The translations under genes and the position numbers were made by a program. From assembly GCA_963778905.1 (NCBI GenBank), contig CAVZWH010000024.1, positions 12,498 through 76,497 of the forward strand: a stretch of 64,000 nt of DNA, given 5' to 3'. This document shows positions 1-10,700 of the stretch, piece by piece (positions within the stretch are counted from its first letter, which is position 1; each line of letters begins with the position of its first letter). The notes beneath the pieces were generated by a model. That model was not told the DNA's origin. It saw nothing but the letters and a program-made list of their open reading frames with translations, and searched no databases. The DNA comes from Candidatus Staskawiczbacteria bacterium (lineage in GTDB: Bacteria > Patescibacteriota > Minisyncoccia > Minisyncoccales > Staskawiczbacteraceae).

Positions 1-335
<335 letters not shown>

Positions 336-336
<1 letters not shown>

Positions 337-1124
337 TGGAAACAACAATTAACGGAGTTAAAACTAACTACCAAGTTTTTGGCGATAAGGTCGCGAGAGA
401 TTTTCGCGTAGCGGAATCTCCCGACCTAGGAAAACCCTTTTTGATTTTGCATGGCTGGGGATCTAACTCAGACAGATGGGTTTCTGTGGCAGAAAAAATT
501 TCAGAAAAAGGTTTTAAGGTTTATGTTCCGGATTTACCGGGATTCGGCAAATCAGATGCTTTAACGACTGCGTGGAATATGAACAATTATGTGAACTGGC
601 TGGAAAACCTGGTAAAAGAATTAAATTTGAATGAATTTTATTTGATGGGACATTCTTTTGGCGGGGCGCTGGCTGTTAAGCTAACCATAAAACATGCTCA
701 GGATGTAAAAAAATTATTTTTGGTCTCTGCCGCATCGGTTAGAAAAAAAACAACAAAAAAATGGGCGTATAAAAATATTTCTAAGATTGTCAAACCATTT
801 TCATTTTTTCCTTTTTATGAATTTTTTAGAAAAGCGTTTTATAAATTTGTTATCCGAAAGTCAGATTATGTTTATGTTGAGGGCGTGATGAAAGAAACAT
901 TTAAAAATGTTGTTTTTGAAGACTTGTCGCAGTTTACAGGATTTATCAGAACGCCAACCGTAATTATCTGGGGCGATAAAGACAAATCAACCCCGATAGA
1001 AGATGCTTATTTTATGAATGGAAAAATAAAAAATTCTAAATTGATAGTATTAAATGGATTCGGACACATTTTGAATAGAGATTGTCCGGAAATTTTAGCG
1101 GAGAAAATTTTAGAAAACACATAA
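336..1124 (+). CDS. alpha/beta-fold hydrolase
   Basis: HGWGSNS...GHSFGG nucleophile elbow (GxSxG), C-terminal GFGH; ATG overlaps serS stop. Confidence 0.7.
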
Positions 1125-1125
1125 C

Positions 1126-2757
1126 ATGTATTTATTGCTAAATACGCTTTGGTTTATATGGATGCTAAAATACGTCTTGTTTTGGCTGTATTTGTGGCAG
1201 TTAAAAGAATATCATATCGGCAGATTTATAGACCACCTTAGAACTCATAAAGGCAAGAAACTTTTATTTAGCCCAATCCAGATTTTTAAGTTTATTTCAG
1301 TATTAGTTCTTCTTCTATACAACAATAGTTTTTTTATCTATTTATTTCCAATTTTACTTTTAATATATATCGGCGAATTTCTCCTGGTTTTAAGAGCAAT
1401 TTTTTCTAAATCAATAAAAAAGCCGATAAGAACTTTCAAATCGTTATTTTTAACATCAGTTTCTTTTGCAATTGTTATTTTATTTTTGATCTGGACGTCA
1501 AACTTTTCTGATACATTTGGAGTAATTCTTCTTTTAGCTTTTGACGTTTTAATTCCGCTGATTATTTCTGCGGTTGTCCTTATATTTCAGCCGTTTTTTG
1601 TTATAATAAGAAGCAATATTTTGAAAAAAGCCGGCAAAAAACTTGAAAGGATAAAATCGGTCAGCAAGCTGACGGTTATAGCGGTTACCGGATCTTACGG
1701 AAAAACATCAACCAAAGAATTTTTGGCGACAATACTTTCTAAAAAATTTAAAGTTTTATCAACAAAAGAACATCAAAATTCTGAAATCGGTATTGCAAAA
1801 TGCATTTTAGAAGACCTAAAACCTCATCATCAGATTTTTATTGCCGAAGTCGGCGCTTATAACAAAGGAAAAGTAAAAGAAGTCTGCTCTATGCTAAAAC
1901 CAAAAATTGGCATTGTGACCGGCGTAAATGAGCAGCATCTGGCGCTTTTTGGCTCATTAAAAAATTTGCTTTCGGCGGAAGGAGGCGAGGAATTGGCGGA
2001 GGCTCTGCCAAAAGATGGAATTTTAGTTGTAAATGGCGACAACAGATATTGTTTAGCTCTTTGCAAGGGAACAATTGTCTGCGCGATCACAGATAAAAAC
2101 AAAAAAATTTATAGTTTGAGCAACAAGATAATAAATTCAGATATTTGGGCAGATAGCATCACCGTTCATAAAAATTATATTTCTTTTTTAGCAATTGATA
2201 AGTCGGGCAATATGGCGCATTTTGACGTAAAAGTTTTGGGCAAACAAAACGTTCAAAATCTTTTGGGAGCTATTTTGGTGGCAAAAGAATTGGGCATGAA
2301 TTTTGACCAGATTTCTGAAGCTTGCAAAGACATTTCACAAAAACAAGCAGGGATGGTTCTAAAACAAGGAAAACATGGCTTTGATATTATAGATTCTTCT
2401 TATTCTGCAAATTCTGATGGAGTTTTGGCCGATTTAGATTATTTTTCAATTTTCCAAGGCAAAAAAATTATTATAATGCCGTGTTTAATAGAGCTTGGAA
2501 AAAAATCTTTTGAAGTGCACCAGAAATTGGGCAAAAAAATTGGCGAGGTTTGCGATTTAGCCATAATAACAAGCAAAGACAGATTTGAAGAATTGAAAAA
2601 GGGAGCAATGGAGGCTGGAATGAAAGAAAAAAATATTATATTTTGCGACAATACGCAGGACATTTATTCAATGATTACGCTTTTTTGTAAATCTGGCGAC
2701 GCGGTTTTGTTAGAAGGCAGAGTTCCGGCTGGCTTAATAAAATTATTATCAAAATGA
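1126..2757 (+). CDS. Mur ligase family protein (MurF-like central+C-terminal domains) with ~180-aa N-terminal polytopic membrane domain
   Basis: VIAVTGSYGKTSTKEFL P-loop, DSSYSANSDGVLADLDYF and MPCLIELGKKSFEVHQKLG resemble MurF C-terminal domain; N-terminus is 5-6 hydrophobic helices instead of the Mur ligase N-domain. Confidence 0.65.
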   Translation: MYLLLNTLWFIWMLKYVLFWLYLWQLKEYHIGRFIDHLRTHKGKKLLFSPIQIFKFISVLVLLLYNNSFFIYLFPILLLIYIGEFLLVLRAIFSKSIKKPIRTFKSLFLTSVSFAIVILFLIWTSNFSDTFGVILLLAFDVLIPLIISAVVLIFQPFFVIIRSNILKKAGKKLERIKSVSKLTVIAVTGSYGKTSTKEFLATILSKKFKVLSTKEHQNSEIGIAKCILEDLKPHHQIFIAEVGAYNKGKVKEVCSMLKPKIGIVTGVNEQHLALFGSLKNLLSAEGGEELAEALPKDGILVVNGDNRYCLALCKGTIVCAITDKNKKIYSLSNKIINSDIWADSITVHKNYISFLAIDKSGNMAHFDVKVLGKQNVQNLLGAILVAKELGMNFDQISEACKDISQKQAGMVLKQGKHGFDIIDSSYSANSDGVLADLDYFSIFQGKKIIIMPCLIELGKKSFEVHQKLGKKIGEVCDLAIITSKDRFEELKKGAMEAGMKEKNIIFCDNTQDIYSMITLFCKSGDAVLLEGRVPAGLIKLLSK

Positions 2758-4019
2758 GTTATTTTAAGCCAATATCAATATCGCTTTCGCCAAATGTTGA
2801 AAAGGACGATTTACATCTGGCCCTAAATTTGATTGTGCGGCCATGGCTTTGGAAAAAAGGGAAAGCGGTGAGTGAATTAGAAAATGAATTTAGAAATTAT
2901 CTTGGCGTAAAATATGCTTTTTCTTTTAATTCTGGAAGAAGCGCTTTTTTTGCGATTTTGAAATCCTTAAATTTAGAGAAGCAAAGCGGCGTTTTGTTGC
3001 AGGCTTTTACTTGCAATGCGGTTCCAAACCCTGTTTTATGGTCAGATTTGGCTCCCGTTTATGTTGATTGCAATAAAGATGATTTTAATATTGATGTTGA
3101 AGACTTAAAGAAAAAAATTACTCCGCAAACAAAGGTTTTAATTGTTCAGCACACATTTGGACTGCCGGCAAACATGGACGAAATAATTTCTATTGTGCGG
3201 GACCCAAAGGGTACCCCTGGTTTGATTTTAATAGAGGACTGCGCGCATTCGTTGGGAGCAGAATTTAATGGGCAAAAAGTTGGCACATTAGGAAAAGCCG
3301 CATTTTTTAGTTTTTCAAGAGACAAAGTAATTTCTTCAGTTTATGGCGGCATGGCTGTCACCAACGACGAAAAAATTGCAAAAAATTTAGAACAATTGCA
3401 GAAAGAATTTGGCCAGCCATCAATGTTCTGGATTTTTCAGCAAATTTTGCATCCTATTTTATTGGGTTATATTATTTTGCCAGTTTATAACTTTTTGGAT
3501 TTGGGAAAAATATTTTTAGTTTTTTCGCAAGTGACGCATATTTTGTCTAAAGCTGTTTCCTGGAAAGAGAAAAGGGGACAACGCCCAGATTATTTTCCAA
3601 AAGCTTTGCCAAATGCAATGGCAATTATGGCTTTGAATCAATTTAACAAATTGGAAAAATTTAATAATCACAGGCAAAAGGTTGCAAATTATTATTTTGA
3701 AGCCTTAAAAGGCGGAAATTTCAAACTGCCTAAAAAATTTGAAAACAGAAAAAATATTTTTTTGCGTTTTACTGTAAAACACCCGAAAGCTCACGAAATA
3801 ATTTATGATGCCTGGCACAAACAAAATATATTGCTTGGCGACTGGTACACAAGTGCGATTGCTCCGTTTGACACAAAAATTGAGCAAATAAAATATAAAC
3901 CGGGAAGCTGTAAAAATGCCGAGGAATTATCAAAAACTACATTAAATCTGCCAACCCATATTAATATCTCAAAAAAAAATGCAGAATGTATTATTAACTT
4001 CCTAAAAACGTGGAATTAA
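2754..4019 (+). CDS. DegT/DnrJ/EryC1/StrS-family PLP-dependent sugar aminotransferase
   Basis: DCAHSLGAEFNGQKVGTLG and SFSRDKVIS (PLP-lysine region) motifs; overlaps upstream gene by 4 nt. Confidence 0.8.
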   Translation: MSYFKPISISLSPNVEKDDLHLALNLIVRPWLWKKGKAVSELENEFRNYLGVKYAFSFNSGRSAFFAILKSLNLEKQSGVLLQAFTCNAVPNPVLWSDLAPVYVDCNKDDFNIDVEDLKKKITPQTKVLIVQHTFGLPANMDEIISIVRDPKGTPGLILIEDCAHSLGAEFNGQKVGTLGKAAFFSFSRDKVISSVYGGMAVTNDEKIAKNLEQLQKEFGQPSMFWIFQQILHPILLGYIILPVYNFLDLGKIFLVFSQVTHILSKAVSWKEKRGQRPDYFPKALPNAMAIMALNQFNKLEKFNNHRQKVANYYFEALKGGNFKLPKKFENRKNIFLRFTVKHPKAHEIIYDAWHKQNILLGDWYTSAIAPFDTKIEQIKYKPGSCKNAEELSKTTLNLPTHINISKKNAECIINFLKTWN

Positions 4020-5062
4020 AAGAAATAATAAATAAAGATGAATGGGAGGAATTTTTGTTGCAGTGTACGGAAAAAACTTTTTTGCAATCCTGGAATTGGG
4101 GCGAATTTAACAAAGCAATGCAAAGCAAGATTTGGAGATTTGGAGTTTATAACGGCAAAAGATTAATTGCCGCCGCCTTAGTTATAAAAATTTCGGCAAG
4201 AAGAGGAACTTTTTTGTTTGTTCCTCATGGGCCGGTTGTTGCTGAAGGATTAGAAGAAAAAGATAAAAAAGAAATTTTGGAATTAATTTTAATCCAATTA
4301 AGCGGAATTTCCAAAGAAGAAAAAGCAAGTTTTATAAGATTTTCTCCAATTTTCAGCAGGAGCGAGAAAAATGAAAATATTTTTATTGATTTAGGTTTTA
4401 GGTTATCTCCTATTCATATGCATCCGGAGGCCACATGGGAATTAGATATTACTTTACCGGAAGAGAAGCTGTTAATAAATATGAGAAAAACCGCCAGATA
4501 TTTAATCCGCCAGGCAGAAAAAAATCCGGATATAGAAATAGTAAAAAGCAATAATATTGAGGACTTAAAACTTTTTTGGCCCGTTTATCAAAAAACTGCA
4601 AAACGGCACCACTTCGTAGTTTTTTCTGAAAAATATTTGCAGACAGAATTTAATTGTTTTTCTAACGACAAAGAAATATCAATATTTTTGGGAAAATATA
4701 AGGGACAGGTTGTGTCCTCGGCCATTTTTGTTATTTGGCAGGGTATTTGCTTTTATCATCATTCGGGGTCTTTAACAAAGTTCAATAAAATTCCGGTTTC
4801 TTATTTATTGCAGTGGCATGCTATAAAAGAGGCGAAAAACAGAGGATGTAAAATTTATAATTTTTGGGGAATTGCTCCGGGCATAGAAACCGAATCCGAT
4901 GCGCAAAAATCATCTCATCCCTGGGCTGGCCTGTCGCTTTTTAAGATGGGATTTGGCGGATATAAAAAAGAATATGTCAAAACACAGGATTTTGTTATCT
5001 CCAAAAAATATTGGATAAATTATATAATCGAAGTTTTAAGAAAACGTAAAAGAAACCTTTAA
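4010..5062 (+). CDS. FemAB-family peptidyltransferase (peptidoglycan interpeptide bridge formation), GTG start
   Basis: FLQSWNWGEF..., two GNAT-like halves, WGIAPG motif typical of FemX/FemAB proteins. Confidence 0.7.
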   Translation: MELKEIINKDEWEEFLLQCTEKTFLQSWNWGEFNKAMQSKIWRFGVYNGKRLIAAALVIKISARRGTFLFVPHGPVVAEGLEEKDKKEILELILIQLSGISKEEKASFIRFSPIFSRSEKNENIFIDLGFRLSPIHMHPEATWELDITLPEEKLLINMRKTARYLIRQAEKNPDIEIVKSNNIEDLKLFWPVYQKTAKRHHFVVFSEKYLQTEFNCFSNDKEISIFLGKYKGQVVSSAIFVIWQGICFYHHSGSLTKFNKIPVSYLLQWHAIKEAKNRGCKIYNFWGIAPGIETESDAQKSSHPWAGLSLFKMGFGGYKKEYVKTQDFVISKKYWINYIIEVLRKRKRNL

Positions 5063-5910
5063 TGTCTTATAGAAAAAAACACGTAAAAAGCAAGATTGGC
5101 AAAATAAAGCCTAAAAAATCAATATTCAAAAGATTATGGTTTTGGATTACAATTTTATTTTTGATAATTATTTTTTCTGTTTTTTATATCGTATTTTTTT
5201 ATTCTGGATTTCAGGTAAAAAATATTTTGATTTCAGGAAACGATAATATAAAAACTCAAGAACTGCAGGATATAATTTTGAATAACGCTAATACCGGGCT
5301 GGTTGGATTTTGGAATTTGAAAATAATATCTAAAAGCATCTTTTTAGTCAACACCGACAAAATAAATAAAGAGATTTTAGAAAAGTTTCCTATAATTGAA
5401 AGTTTAAGAATAAATAAAAAATTTCCAGAGACAATAACGCTGCAGGTCGCAGAAAGAAAACCAATCGGCGTTTTTTGTAACAATGATAATCAGTGTTTTC
5501 TAATTGATGAGAACGGGATTATATTTGAGCCATTGTTAATAGCTCCAAATAATTTTACTATTGTGCGACAAACATTAGAAGACAATAATATTTTTGCCGG
5601 GGAAAAAATTGTTAATCAAAATATAATTACCGCAATTTCCAAGATTCAAAAAATCTTGAAAGATAATTTTCAGATAGACTTAAAGGAAGCGTTGATTGCA
5701 AGTTCTGTAAGGTTAAATGTTACGACAAGCGAAAATTGGCAGATTTATTTTGATTTGAGTCCGGATTCTGATATTAATTTGCAGATTACAAAACTAAATC
5801 TTTTGTTGAATGGTGAAATTTCTTCAGACAGCAGAAAAAATTTGCGATATATAGATTTAAGGCCGAAAGATAGAGCCATTATCTGCGATAATAAAACTTG
5901 CGGAGGATGA
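5062..5910 (+). CDS. ftsQ: cell division protein FtsQ/DivIB-like (POTRA domain)
   Basis: N-terminal basic region + single TM, LQVAERKPIGVF POTRA-like core; position in PG/division cluster. Confidence 0.6.
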   Translation: MSYRKKHVKSKIGKIKPKKSIFKRLWFWITILFLIIIFSVFYIVFFYSGFQVKNILISGNDNIKTQELQDIILNNANTGLVGFWNLKIISKSIFLVNTDKINKEILEKFPIIESLRINKKFPETITLQVAERKPIGVFCNNDNQCFLIDENGIIFEPLLIAPNNFTIVRQTLEDNNIFAGEKIVNQNIITAISKIQKILKDNFQIDLKEALIASSVRLNVTTSENWQIYFDLSPDSDINLQITKLNLLLNGEISSDSRKNLRYIDLRPKDRAIICDNKTCGG

Positions 5911-5912
5911 TG

Positions 5913-5940
5913 AACCGCCGATAGGCGGTTTTTTGTTTTG
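5913..5940 (+). terminator. rho-independent terminator
   Basis: aaccgcc-gata-ggcggtt hairpin followed by TTTTTGTTTTG. Confidence 0.7.
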
Positions 5941-5998
5941 CCTTCAATAAATTTGACAAACTAATATAATCAATGTATAATAAAATATATTTAAAAAT

Positions 5999-6937
5999 AT
6001 GAATTATTCTTTGCCTGAGGCAAAATTTAACGTTGAATTTTTGCAAAATTTTTTAGAAAGCAATATTTTGTTATATTGCATTATTTTGCTTTTGGCATTA
6101 AAAATTATTACCGTTGCTGTCTCTATCAATTTTCCGCAGAATATATTTTTTGCCGACATAACAAGGGCATCTCTTGAAAATTTTGCAAACCAGACACGTC
6201 AATCAGTGGGTTTGCCCTCGTTGGTAGAAAATCAAAAATTAGATCAGGCCGCCCAATCAAAGGCAGAAAATATGGTGGCAGATGATTATTTTGCCCACAC
6301 AAGCCCGCAAGGAATTACGCCGTGGTATTGGTTTTTGCAAGCCGGATATAATTATAAATATGCCGGAGAAAATTTGGCAATTGGGTTTTTTGATTCGCAA
6401 GAAGTTTATAACGCCTGGTTAAATTCTCCTTCGCATAAGGCAAATATTGTAAATCCAAATTACAAGGAAGTTGGCACGGCCGTGTTGGCTGGATTCGGCC
6501 CAAACAATACAATTGTTGTTGTTCAGGATTTTGGAAGCCAGTTGCCGGCAAAACAAGTTGCAACCCAGCCAAAACAGACTTCAGCTGTTAAACCAAGTGA
6601 ACAAACCCCGGTTGCCAATGCCGGAGAAAAAGTTTTGTCGCAATCAACAGAATCGCAAAGTACGTTGGAAACCGCCAAAACAGGCAGTTCAAATGTTTAT
6701 TCTAAAATTATGAATTCTGTTTTATACAATTATGGCGGATTGTTGCAGGACATTATTTACGGAGTTTCTTTGGTCGTGATAGGAATTTTGCTTGCGCTGA
6801 TATTTTTTAACGCAAGCATTCCTTTTGAAAATAAACTTGTATTTAGGTCGGTTCTTATTGTAATATTATTATCACTGGCAACATTATTAAACAAAGGTTT
6901 TATAGTTGCAATTATTCCGTATCAAATAATTATTTAA
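5999..6937 (+). CDS. CAP (SCP/PR-1-like) domain secreted protein with C-terminal membrane anchor
   Basis: YFAHTSPQG...GENLAIGF...WLNSPSHKANI CAP-domain signature; N- and C-terminal hydrophobic segments. Confidence 0.7.
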   Translation: MNYSLPEAKFNVEFLQNFLESNILLYCIILLLALKIITVAVSINFPQNIFFADITRASLENFANQTRQSVGLPSLVENQKLDQAAQSKAENMVADDYFAHTSPQGITPWYWFLQAGYNYKYAGENLAIGFFDSQEVYNAWLNSPSHKANIVNPNYKEVGTAVLAGFGPNNTIVVVQDFGSQLPAKQVATQPKQTSAVKPSEQTPVANAGEKVLSQSTESQSTLETAKTGSSNVYSKIMNSVLYNYGGLLQDIIYGVSLVVIGILLALIFFNASIPFENKLVFRSVLIVILLSLATLLNKGFIVAIIPYQIII

Positions 6938-6938
6938 T

Positions 6939-7643
6939 ATGAACAAAGAAAACGCAAAGAAAATTTTGAAATTGGCTGTCGCGATATATCTGGCAAGTTT
7001 TCTGATTATTAACTGGAATGATGTTTCCTGGATTTTTAATTACAAAGAGGTTGCCGGATTAGTGGAAGATTTTTTCAATCCATATCCATCTATAGATGCT
7101 TCTACCATGAACGCATATTTTTATCCAAATCATAGCCAAGATGCTACTTCTGTGGCAACAGGACAACCTGTCGCCCAATCCATTAAAAACGTAAAAACAA
7201 ATTTTACGGACCAGCAAAACACATTAGAGGTTCCCAAATTATCTCTTTTGCTTCCCATAGTTTTTGCAGACAGCACAGATAAAGAAACTATGGCAAAAGA
7301 TCTTGATTTGGGAGTGGTATTTTATCCGGGATCAGTTTATCCCGGCCAAACCGGTCAGATGATAATTTTGGGGCACTCGGCTCCTCCTGGCTGGCCGCAC
7401 ATAAAACACGACTGGGCTTTTACCGACTTAGATAAGTTAGTTCCCGGAGATACAATATTAATTGACTTAAATAACAAACAATATACATATGTAGTAAAAG
7501 AAAAAGATATTATTAAAAGAGGAGCCGATGTCCCAACAGATAGTTCGGCCATTAATAATAATGTCCTAACACTGATTAGTTGCTGGCCGCCGGGAAAAGA
7601 TTATCAAAGGATAGCAGTTTCAGCAGAGTTCCAAAACAACTAA
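6939..7643 (+). CDS. sortase family transpeptidase
   Basis: N-terminal TM, conserved His (ILGHS) and TLISCWP (TLxTC catalytic Cys) motif. Confidence 0.75.
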   Translation: MNKENAKKILKLAVAIYLASFLIINWNDVSWIFNYKEVAGLVEDFFNPYPSIDASTMNAYFYPNHSQDATSVATGQPVAQSIKNVKTNFTDQQNTLEVPKLSLLLPIVFADSTDKETMAKDLDLGVVFYPGSVYPGQTGQMIILGHSAPPGWPHIKHDWAFTDLDKLVPGDTILIDLNNKQYTYVVKEKDIIKRGADVPTDSSAINNNVLTLISCWPPGKDYQRIAVSAEFQNN

Positions 7644-7787
7644 CACCCATTGACTTATTTACTTCAATATGGTAGGGTCAATCATTATTTAGTTTTCGTC
7701 ATTAAAAGTTGATTTAGTCAACACATAGCGCAACGTCAAATAAAAAATAATTTATTCTTTTTTATTCTAATTACAGCTACGAAAAAT

Positions 7788-10700
7788 ATGAATACATTTT
7801 TGAAAGTTTTCGTAATAACCGGCCTAACTATAGTTTCGGCAATTTTGATTTCCGTAACAATGGCGCCGGCTACGGCCAGAGCATTAAGTTGTGATGGGAA
7901 TTCAGGTCCTGCTAACCAAGGAACAGTTGTTTTAGCCCAAGACAGCACAGTAACCGTGACTGTTAATTATATCTGTAATGATCTTAGGGACACGGATTAT
8001 TTCGGTTTGTCGTCTCCAACAAAAATTACTTTTGGAGAAGCCCATAGTTCATCAAACGGATCATATAACGCTGGAAATTTCAAAGCAGGTACAGAACTAA
8101 TATTTTTTCTTTATGACGCCACTCATGGCAATACATGGTACACTGGTCCTGCCTCCAGAAACTCAGATGGACAAGTCCATGCAGATTTCAGAAATGTCGG
8201 AACCAATAACTGGACTATTGGTTTTAATGATGCAGCGTACCCAGCGGACAATAATTTATTCAACGATATTGTTATAAATGTGACCGCCACCCCTTCCTGC
8301 ACCGCCAACAGCACAAAACAGTGCTCGGGCAACGCAGTATATTGGTATAATTCATGTGGAACAAAAGGAAGCCTTTTTCAGCAATGTACATCAACACAAA
8401 CATGTACCAACGCTCAATGCGTAAACAATTGTACCCCCAACACCGCTAAGCAATGCGTCGGCAACGCTGTCTACAACTTTAACTCCTGCGGAGTTCAGGG
8501 TACTCTCTACCAGCAATGTACATCAAACCAGATTTGTCAGAACGCACAGTGCGTGAATATTGCCTGTTCATCAAACACCGACTGCGGTGCCAACGCCTAC
8601 ACCGGCTCACCCTTCTGCCAAGGCAACTCAGTTTACCAAAACTACATAACATACACATGTAACAACCCGGGAACAGCAAGCTCATCTTGTTCTAATAGTA
8701 CGGCCGCACAAAAGAAAAATGATTGTACAGCTAATCAGACGTGTTCGAACGGCGCATGCGTTAATCAAACCATCACCTGCACCAGCAACACCGACTGCGG
8801 AGCTAACGCCTACACCGGCTCACCCTTCTGCCAAGGCAACAGCGTTTACCAGAATTACATCACCTACACATGTAACAACGCTGGCACATCAACCTCGTAT
8901 TGCTCCAACAACACAGCAGCACAGAAAAAGAACGATTGCACAGCTAACCAGACCTGCGCCAACGGTTCGTGCACCAACCAGAACATAACCTGCACCAGCA
9001 ACACCGACTGCGGAACAAACAGCTACACCGGCTCACCCTTCTGTCAGTCAGGTAATGTATATCAAAACTACATAACATACACCTGCACTAATCCGGGAAC
9101 AGCCAGTTCGTACTGCTCAAACAACACAGCTTCACAATTAAAAACAACCTGCGCATCAGGACAGACCTGCGCCAACGGAAGCTGCTCAAATCAAACCATC
9201 ACCTGCACCAGCAACACCGACTGCGGAGCTAACGCCTACACCGGCTCACCCTTCTGCCAAGGCAACAGCGTTTACCAGAATTACATCACCTACACATGTA
9301 ACAACGCTGGCACATCAACCTCGTATTGCTCCAACAACACAGCAGCACAGAAAAAGAACGATTGCACAGCTAACCAGACCTGCGCCAACGGTTCGTGCAC
9401 CAACCAGAACATAACCTGCACCAGCAACACCGACTGCGGAACAAACAGCTACACCGGCTCACCCTTCTGTCAGTCAGGTAATGTATATCAAAACTACATA
9501 ACATACACCTGCACTAATCCGGGAACAGCCAGTTCGTACTGCTCAAACAACACAGCTTCACAATTAAAAACAACCTGCGCATCAGGACAGACCTGCGCCA
9601 ACGGAAGCTGCTCAAATCAAACCATCACCTGCACCAGCAACACCGACTGCGGAGCTAACGCCTACACCGGCTCACCCTTCTGCCAAGGCAACAGCGTTTA
9701 CCAGAATTACATCACCTACACATGTAACAACGCTGGCACATCAACCTCGTATTGCTCCAACAACACAGCAGCACAGCTAAAAACCACCTGCACGGGAAAC
9801 CAGACATGCAGCAACGGAAGCTGTTCAACAACCTGCACCCAAAACTCATATCAGCAATGCCAAGGAAACTATCTGTATTGGTACAACTCATGCGGAGTCC
9901 AGGAAGGCCAGTCGCAGTACTGCCCCAACGGATGCTCGGGCAACTCGTGCACGAACAACAACTGCACTTACCACTCGTACGAGCAGTGCATCGGCAACAA
10001 CCTTTACTGGTACAACTCGTGCGGAGTTCAGCAGGACTTGGTTCAGTACTGCCCAAACGGATGCTCAGGGAATACGTGCACGAACAATAATATTTATGCA
10101 ACAGTTCAAACAAATTCAGCGACAAATGTAAACAATAACCAGGCAACTCTAAATGGTTATTTATATTCCGGCAGCAACAATAATAATAATTGCACTAATT
10201 ATGTTTGGTTTCAATACGGACCAACTACTTCCTATGGGACTGAAACAAATCACCAGACGCAAGGTTATTCCGGAGCATTTAGCCAAATTGTAAACTTATA
10301 CAATAATTACAATACCAACAGCTATCACTTCAGGGCCGCAGCTCAGGATTGTTCGGGCAACACGGTTTACGGCCAGGACATGACAATTTACAGCAACAAT
10401 ATTGGAACAGGAACTTTAACCGTAAACAAAACAGTCAGAGACCTCACCACTGGTGCTGGATTTGCCAGCTCAACTTCAGCCTCTCCAAGCGATATGTTGA
10501 TGTTTATGATAACTTTGCAGAATACAGGCAGCCAAGATGTTTCAAATGTGATTGCCAGAGATTATCTTCCTGCAAACCTTATTTACAATGACCAGTTGAC
10601 CGTTGCCTGCACAACCAATAACAGCAATTACAATAATTGCAATGGAAGCAATTACAATTACACTGGAAATATTTCATCTGGCGTAAACTTAAATACAATA

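Noticed and set aside
8560-9780. CRISPR-like regular repeats
   Set aside because: The periodic signal is a 426-bp protein-coding tandem repeat in frame within a long ORF. There are no short direct repeats with unique spacers and no cas genes.
8479-10146. Several antisense/alternate-frame ORFs (8479-8685 minus, 8719-8988 plus, 9712-10146 minus, 9752-10090 plus) inside the giant surface-protein gene
   Set aside because: They lie entirely within the low-complexity, Cys-codon-rich tandem-repeat region of a clearly coding gene. Their biased composition (Pro/Arg/Cys/Leu-rich) is what out-of-frame translation of ACC/TGC/AAC-rich DNA produces.
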